Shown here: positions 58,455-64,000 of the stretch, piece by piece
Position numbering within the stretch: position 1 is the stretch's first letter
How the letters are laid out: the number at the start of each line of letters is the position of its first letter
Assembly: GCA_000708835.1 (NCBI GenBank)
Contig: DF237178.1
Span: 62,001-126,000, forward strand
Reading direction: 5' to 3'
Source: Klebsormidium nitens
Lineage: Eukaryota; Plantae; Klebsormidiophyceae
DNA: 64,000 nt
Translations under genes and position numbers: made by a program
Notes under the pieces: generated by a model
What the model was told of the DNA's origin: nothing
Database searches by the model: none
The model's input: the letters and a program-made list of their open reading frames with translations, nothing else

Positions 58455-61400
58455 ATGGCGGCAGGGGTATGTGCTCGACTGCACCCACCTGCTTGCACCT
58501 CTGTATTACAGAGCTCAAGCTTTTTGCAGGGCGGAAGCGTGTCCTTTGCGCCCCTCTTTCCCACCTTCTCTGCACCTCATTCCAGCAAACTTTCCCCTCT
58601 GCCGAACCGGTCTCCATTGGTTGTAGCACTGGCGAAACGAAAGAAGGGTGAACGGGCTCCCCCCACTGGAGGGGGGGGCGGTGGTGGGGGTGGAAATGGA
58701 GGGGGCACCAGGTCTGCTGGCAGCAAGCAGGTGTCCCAGGGTTCGGCATACCAGAACGAGACACGGAAGATCATTCTTTCTGTTCGCAACCTCAGAAAGG
58801 TGCGTTACTTCTTTTGCACCTATTTGCGACTCTGCTTGGAGGGTGCATTGAGAGAAAATGGGACAGGATTCTTTGCATTTTGTACATGGTGGCGGCATTG
58901 AGATATTGGCAAGGAATTGAGGTTGTTGCGGTCCTTCCCACTTGCCCCCGTCCTTTTGCCTTTGGCACGGGGCCAGAACGTGGCTCCATGTTTGAATGCA
59001 ATGTCAATACAAACTTTTCTTCTTCCAGGCAAATCTCAGCCAATTCGGTGATTAGGGTTCCATGTGAGGATCAAGATTGTCAAATGAACTTTTTGTAGTG
59101 GTGGTATGCGGAAACAACGTGCAGTTCAGATTCTTTGATCAAGTTTGAATGGTGCTTTTGCAGTGGTGACAGTCATAATCAGACTATTTATTGTGCTTAC
59201 GAGTCGGCTGTGGGAGGGGTTTATCTTTTTGCGATTTAAGAAGAAGCCCTGCAGAGTAATCAGCACTTCTTACAACCTTTTATCAAGTTATCTCATGTTG
59301 CGCATTACCTCAGCCTGCTTACGATGCTCCTCAATATCAGAACTGCACACAATGTTCGATCCCAATAGAACTACCAACTCCAAGTAAATACGTTCTTAGC
59401 AGAGTGCTCTCATTGCATTGTTGGTAGCTGTATTTGATACGACATAAGACCAAGTGGTTCGCTGCCTGTGCTCAAGTCTGCAATTGGGATGCAGGTTACC
59501 CCCCAGGGAAAGGAGCTACTGAAAAACATCAACCTAGGAATGTACCTGGGGGCTAAAATTGGTTTCCTTGGCCCCAATGGTGCGGGCAAGTCGACGCTGA
59601 TGAAGATCCTAGCTGGAGTTGACAAGGAGTTTGATGGAGACCTGTACGTTGACCCAGGCATCAAGATTGGGTACTTGGCTCAGGAGCCACAATTGACTGC
59701 CGGGGAAACTGTGATGGAAAACATTGAGGTGAGCTCAAGCGGACGACGGCGCACATGTAGCTTCTGATGGATAAGGTGCCATAGATTGTGTTTTGTCCAT
59801 ATTTGCAAGACTGCACTTGTAGCTCTCCGGAGACAGCGAAGTACTGCTGGAGAATTCAAACCCTGAAGGTAGATGCAGCATAAGCCAAAAGCCTGGAGCT
59901 TGTTGAACCCGAGACCTTCTTTCGTTACATGGTGTCTGAATTCACTCCTAGTTTGTGAGAATCAAAGGGTTTGGAGCCACCAGAGCTTGTGAGCATCTGA
60001 ACACCCCACTTCCTTACAGCCCGAAAATCTGGCCTGGTCTATTAAATTTTCGCTCTTGGCGGGGTGAACGCACCTCTGAAGTAACAATCGGGTCAGCCTG
60101 ACAGACAACCCTAAGAAAGTTCTGCTTCCCGTTCCACATCTGCGGCCGCTCGAATGAGAATTCGCATTGTTTAGCTGAGCTGTCTTCCTTCCCCTACTCT
60201 ACGGCCCGTGCTTGCGACACACGCGCCCTGCTGGAGGACTTTGAACAAGTCACTTCCGACGTCGATCTCAAAGACAACCTAGCAGTATCTCCTCACATTT
60301 CAGGGCTCCCAAGTCACCCCACATCGTTGACCCACCTCTAACCCGACCTGCAACCACACTCGCTGACACCCGGGCCCTGCTGACGGACTTCGAACAAGTC
60401 AGTTCCAACATGGCAGCTCCGGGGGTGAACGTCGAGAAGCTGAAGACGAAGATGACTCAACGATTCTCTTCCTTAGCTTCCAAATTTTGCAATACACCGA
60501 AGTCAATCTACCCCGCTAAGCCAAGTCCTTCTCATCACACCCTGCGCTTGCCGGCACGCGCGCCCTGCTGAAAGATTTCGAACAAGTCAATTCCGACAAT
60601 GTATCCAGAAATGGACCCAAAGCACAGTTTCTAAAAAGCTTTTCAGAAGTAACTCAAACCAACCCTCTGACCCACCCTCCAACCCAAACCCGCAGCCCGC
60701 ACTAGCGGACACACGCGCGTTGCTGAAAGACTTCGAACAAGTCAGCTCCGACATGGCGGCTGCGGGGGCCGACATCGAGAAGCTGATGACCAAGATGGAG
60801 CGCCTGCAGACGGCAATCGATGCAACCAACGGGTGGGAACTAGAGCGGAAACTAACGCGCGCGTTGGAGTCGCTACGGTGCCCCCCGGGGGATGCGAAGG
60901 TTGACGTGTTGAGCGGGGGGGAGCGGAGACGGGTTGCTCTGTGCCGGCTGCTGCTGGAAGAGAACGACATCCTGTGAGTGACTCGTAATTTGCTCTGATT
61001 AATGCCGGGGGTTGTGGTGCTTGGCCTGCATTGACTTCTTGGAACGTAAGAATGATACGCTAAGAACTTGGGACAGTAAAGTAGCTGACGCTACAGTCCG
61101 GGCATACGGCCTTTCGCGGTTCCTTGGATTGTGGTTAGGGACGGCCAAGACCTTTCAGACTGCGACGCATGTGAGGATGGTGCGTTGGATGTGTCTAACT
61201 TCTTCGCATCTTCCTCTTTTTTCTGACAAGCCTGCGCTAAATTCCTTCACAGGACAAACTCGACGTGCGTTTTTTTGGACTTGAAGTCAGTCTTGTGTGG
61301 CATTCGGCCGTCTGCTATGTTCTGCACGCCGAGCGGGCACCTTCTCCCGCTACCTCACGCGCTTGGACAGCCTTTGCTTGGCGAAACTCAGGTTTCTACC

Positions 61401-64000
61401 AGTTGTAGAAGCGCTCACGTTTGTTGGGTGCTCGAACATGGCTGCCAAGCATGTGCAGTGGCCTCTGTACAAGTTCGTCTAAGCAACGTACTGCTGTCCT
61501 TTTGTGCTGACGTCATGGAGCCTTGGCTCTTACAGCTTCCTCGACGAGCCCACAAACCACTTGGATGCGGAGGCGGTCGCTTGGTTGGAACAATACTTGG
61601 CTCAGTTTAAGGTGCGTGACTCTTTCTTCTGGCGAAGTGAAGCTGCATTCTGTGGACGTCTGATTATTCTGAAGTGCTTCACGCTTTAGAAGCTGAACTG
61701 GGTGCAAGGAAAGGCCAGAGACTGCCCTGAACAGAAGTCCCAAAGTCATCATTGACCAGGATCTGCTTCCCAAGACTTCGGAGCATCTTTTTGATCAAGT
61801 CAAGCAGGAATTCTTCTGAATTGCGGAGCCGCTTAAAGTTACTCCTTTCAGAACCCTGGATTGCCAGGCCGGGTTATCGCCGACCCTTTCAAAATCCTGG
61901 ATTCCGAGCCGTGTTTAAAGCCGACCCTTCTAGATTGCTAGATTGCCAAGCCGGGTTAAGCCAGGTTTTTTCAAAACCTGGCTTCCCGAGTTGACTGAAA
62001 CAACGACCCTTTTAATGTGGATTATCGACCCGGTTTTAACGTCGACCCACTTTCCGCAGGGCACCGTGGTCGCGGTTACGCACGACCGCTATTTCCTGGA
62101 CAACGTCGCGGGCTGGATCCTGGAACTAGATCGGGGGCAGGGCATTCCTTTCGAGGGCAACTACTCAGGGTATCTAGAGGCGAAGGCGCGGCGGCTGGAG
62201 CAGGAAGACAAGCAGCAGAGCGCGCTAGCCAAGAATGTGGAACTGGAGCTGGAATGGATACGGAAGAAGGCCAAGGGCCAGCAGAAGAAGGGCAAGGTGA
62301 GGGGACCGCTTTGCTTTTTGCACTCCCGGACATTTTCATCGTGTTGTGCCCTATTCTTCGGTCTGGAGCGAGATGTGATTTCGTGCTGGGTACGGTTACC
62401 AACCTGGTTATGGTGGAGACGAATGTTCCCCGAAAAGGAGGCAAAAAGCTGCGGGCTGGGCGCTGTTTGTGGTGTTGTGGGTCTTAAGTATGTTTGCTCT
62501 GTTATCTCAACGAGTGTTGTATGATGCGCCAACAACAGAGCAAACTTTCAAGGGTCACAAGGCCGGGGGCTCCGTTGCCCCCCGTTTCATTTCCCGCTTT
62601 ATTCCTTTCACAACCAAGTCATTGAACAATTTTGTAAAAGTATACATCCAATCTTCAAAGAACCTGGTTGCCGTTGAAATTCCAACCTACCTGATTGTGC
62701 TAGAATCTCTTCTTATCGATCTCTACGTGCCCAGCAACAGACTTTCAGTCATCGCACTTCATTCGTGAAAACACCCTCGAAACCTCACTTCCTTAAGTTT
62801 ATTTCGTAACCCTTGGCATCCCGCATGCGCCAGTACGAAGAGCTGGTTCCGCAGTCTCGGCTTAATCCAACCAAGAAAATATCCTCGAGATCTCACTTTC
62901 TAGAAACGTCATCCAACAACCCCTTGCGTCTCTTTACCCAGGCCCGCATGCGGCAGTACGAAGAGCTCGTCCAGCAGGCGAGCCAGTTTCAACGAGCAGA
63001 ACGTCTGGATTCCATTCACATTCCTCCGGGTCCCCGGTTGGGCGATCTGGTGGTGGAGGCCAATAAGCTGGCGAAGGCGTATGGCGACCGCGTGCTTATA
63101 AACGACCTCGACTTCTCGCTGCCCCCGGGGGGCATCGTGGGCGTCGTGGGCGCGAATGGCGCGGGAAAGACGACGTTGTTTAAGATGATTACCGGAAGGG
63201 TGAGCACATATGGAAATTAGGAACATAGCTTTCTTGAAGATCTGCTTACCTGGTTCATCTAGAAGCATTCAACGTCGGGTTTGTTCCTTTGCCAAGACGT
63301 AGCTTATCTGCAGGAAGAAAGGGAAGAGTCAGTCAAAGCATGAGAAGCACTTCCGAGCTGTCCCTCAACGCAGCTGCCACATTTATGGTACGCTTCATCT
63401 TTGTCCGCTCTCATATTCCCAGGAGTTAGCCGTGTTATGATTCTGGTCTTTGGCCTGTTTGTTCAATTGCACGTTGGCATTGGCGATTTGACGCACACAA
63501 GAAGTTCTTCGTCCCGAACCCCCATGTAGATCATTTTGGTAGAGAACCCCAAACGGACGGAAAGTGGGGTGTTGGCTGGTATAAATTGAATCTGGGAGGA
63601 GATTACCCTCGTCAAGAACCGCGTTTCTCACTATCCGATGATAGCATTCCGCAGGAAACCCGACGGACGGAACGTTGCGCGTTGGCGAGACGGTACACTT
63701 GAGATCTGGGAGCGATATTACTGTCTCGGACAACTGATCCTAACCTTAATTCCAATCAATCTTTCCGCAGGAAACCCCAACGGACGGAACGTTGCGTGTT
63801 GGCGAGACGGTGCACACCATGTACGTGGACCAGTCACGCGACAGCCTGGACGCCACCAAGAGTGTCTACGAGGAGATAACCGGGGGGAACGAGGAGATAG
63901 CGCTTGGGGAACGGAAAGTGAACGGGCGCGCATACTGCAGCTGGTTCAATTTTAAGTCGTCGGACCAGCAGAAGAAAGTGGGCGATCTCTCGGGGGGGGA
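58455..64000 (+). CDS. ettA: Plastid-targeted ABC-F ATPase of the EttA/YjjK type; 3' end beyond the window
   Basis: Exons 58455-58799, 59495-59728, 60696-60973, 61536-61611, 62060-62296, 62942-63199, 63771->64000. Ser-rich transit-peptide-like N-terminus; [88 protein letters not shown] are EttA-like. Confidence 0.93.
60200..60600 (+). repeat. Three decayed intronic copies of the EttA exon 3 start
   Basis: Copies at ~60200-60265, ~60345-60452 ([34 protein letters not shown]) and ~60541-60600 versus the real [34 protein letters not shown]. Confidence 0.9.
61856..61965 (+). repeat. Three degenerate ~42-45 bp tandem units in EttA intron 4
   Basis: ctggattgccaggccgggttatcgccgaccctt / ctggattccgagccgtgtttaaagccgaccctt / ctagattgccaagccgggttaagcc. 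Confidence 0.75.
62808..62860 (+). repeat. Echo of the EttA exon 6 start
   Basis: cccgcatgcgccagtacgaagagctggttccgcag versus the real cccgcatgcggcagtacgaagagctcgtccagcag (62943 onward). Confidence 0.85.
63545..63698 (+). repeat. Two decayed copies (~110-116 bp period) of the acceptor + start of EttA exon 7
   Basis: 63647 ttccgcaggaaacccgacggacggaacgttgcgcgttggcgagacggtacac and 63545 gaaccccaaacggacggaaagtggggtgttggc versus the real 63763 ttccgcaggaaaccccaacggacggaacgttgcgtgttggcgagacggtgcac. Confidence 0.88.

Overview
Intron-rich eukaryotic nuclear DNA with GC-rich exons, GT-AG introns and one N gap. Gene content and composition fit a streptophyte green alga such as Klebsormidium; this is inference. 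Ten protein genes can be rebuilt by hand across introns: a purple acid phosphatase (5'-truncated), a membrane-anchored sulfotransferase, a small YccV/HspQ-domain protein, a plastid G6PD with degenerate active-site motifs (G6PD4/P0-like), a ~1500-aa NIMA-related kinase, two uncharacterised coiled-coil proteins (one with a perfect FFAT motif), an intronless four-helix-bundle/U-box/ARM gene broken by four lesions, a ~1085-aa protein with about ten copies of a GL(D/G)xxLVK(R/K)(L/M)S(K/R)LE motif, and a plastid-targeted EttA-type ABC-F (3'-truncated). No rRNA, tRNA, CRISPR array or autonomous transposase was recognised. Two structures are not explained by the genes. The first is a dispersed ~150-210 bp foldback element (4 copies) with a shared telomere-like core, copy-specific inverted arms and, in two copies, 9-11 bp flanking direct repeats; those two copies make up almost a whole short intron. 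The second is a window-wide pattern of decaying tandem 'echoes' of splice-site/exon-edge sequence inside introns, from a perfect 299-bp duplication to heavily eroded copies. Exon coordinates were read by eye and are unverified by transcripts.
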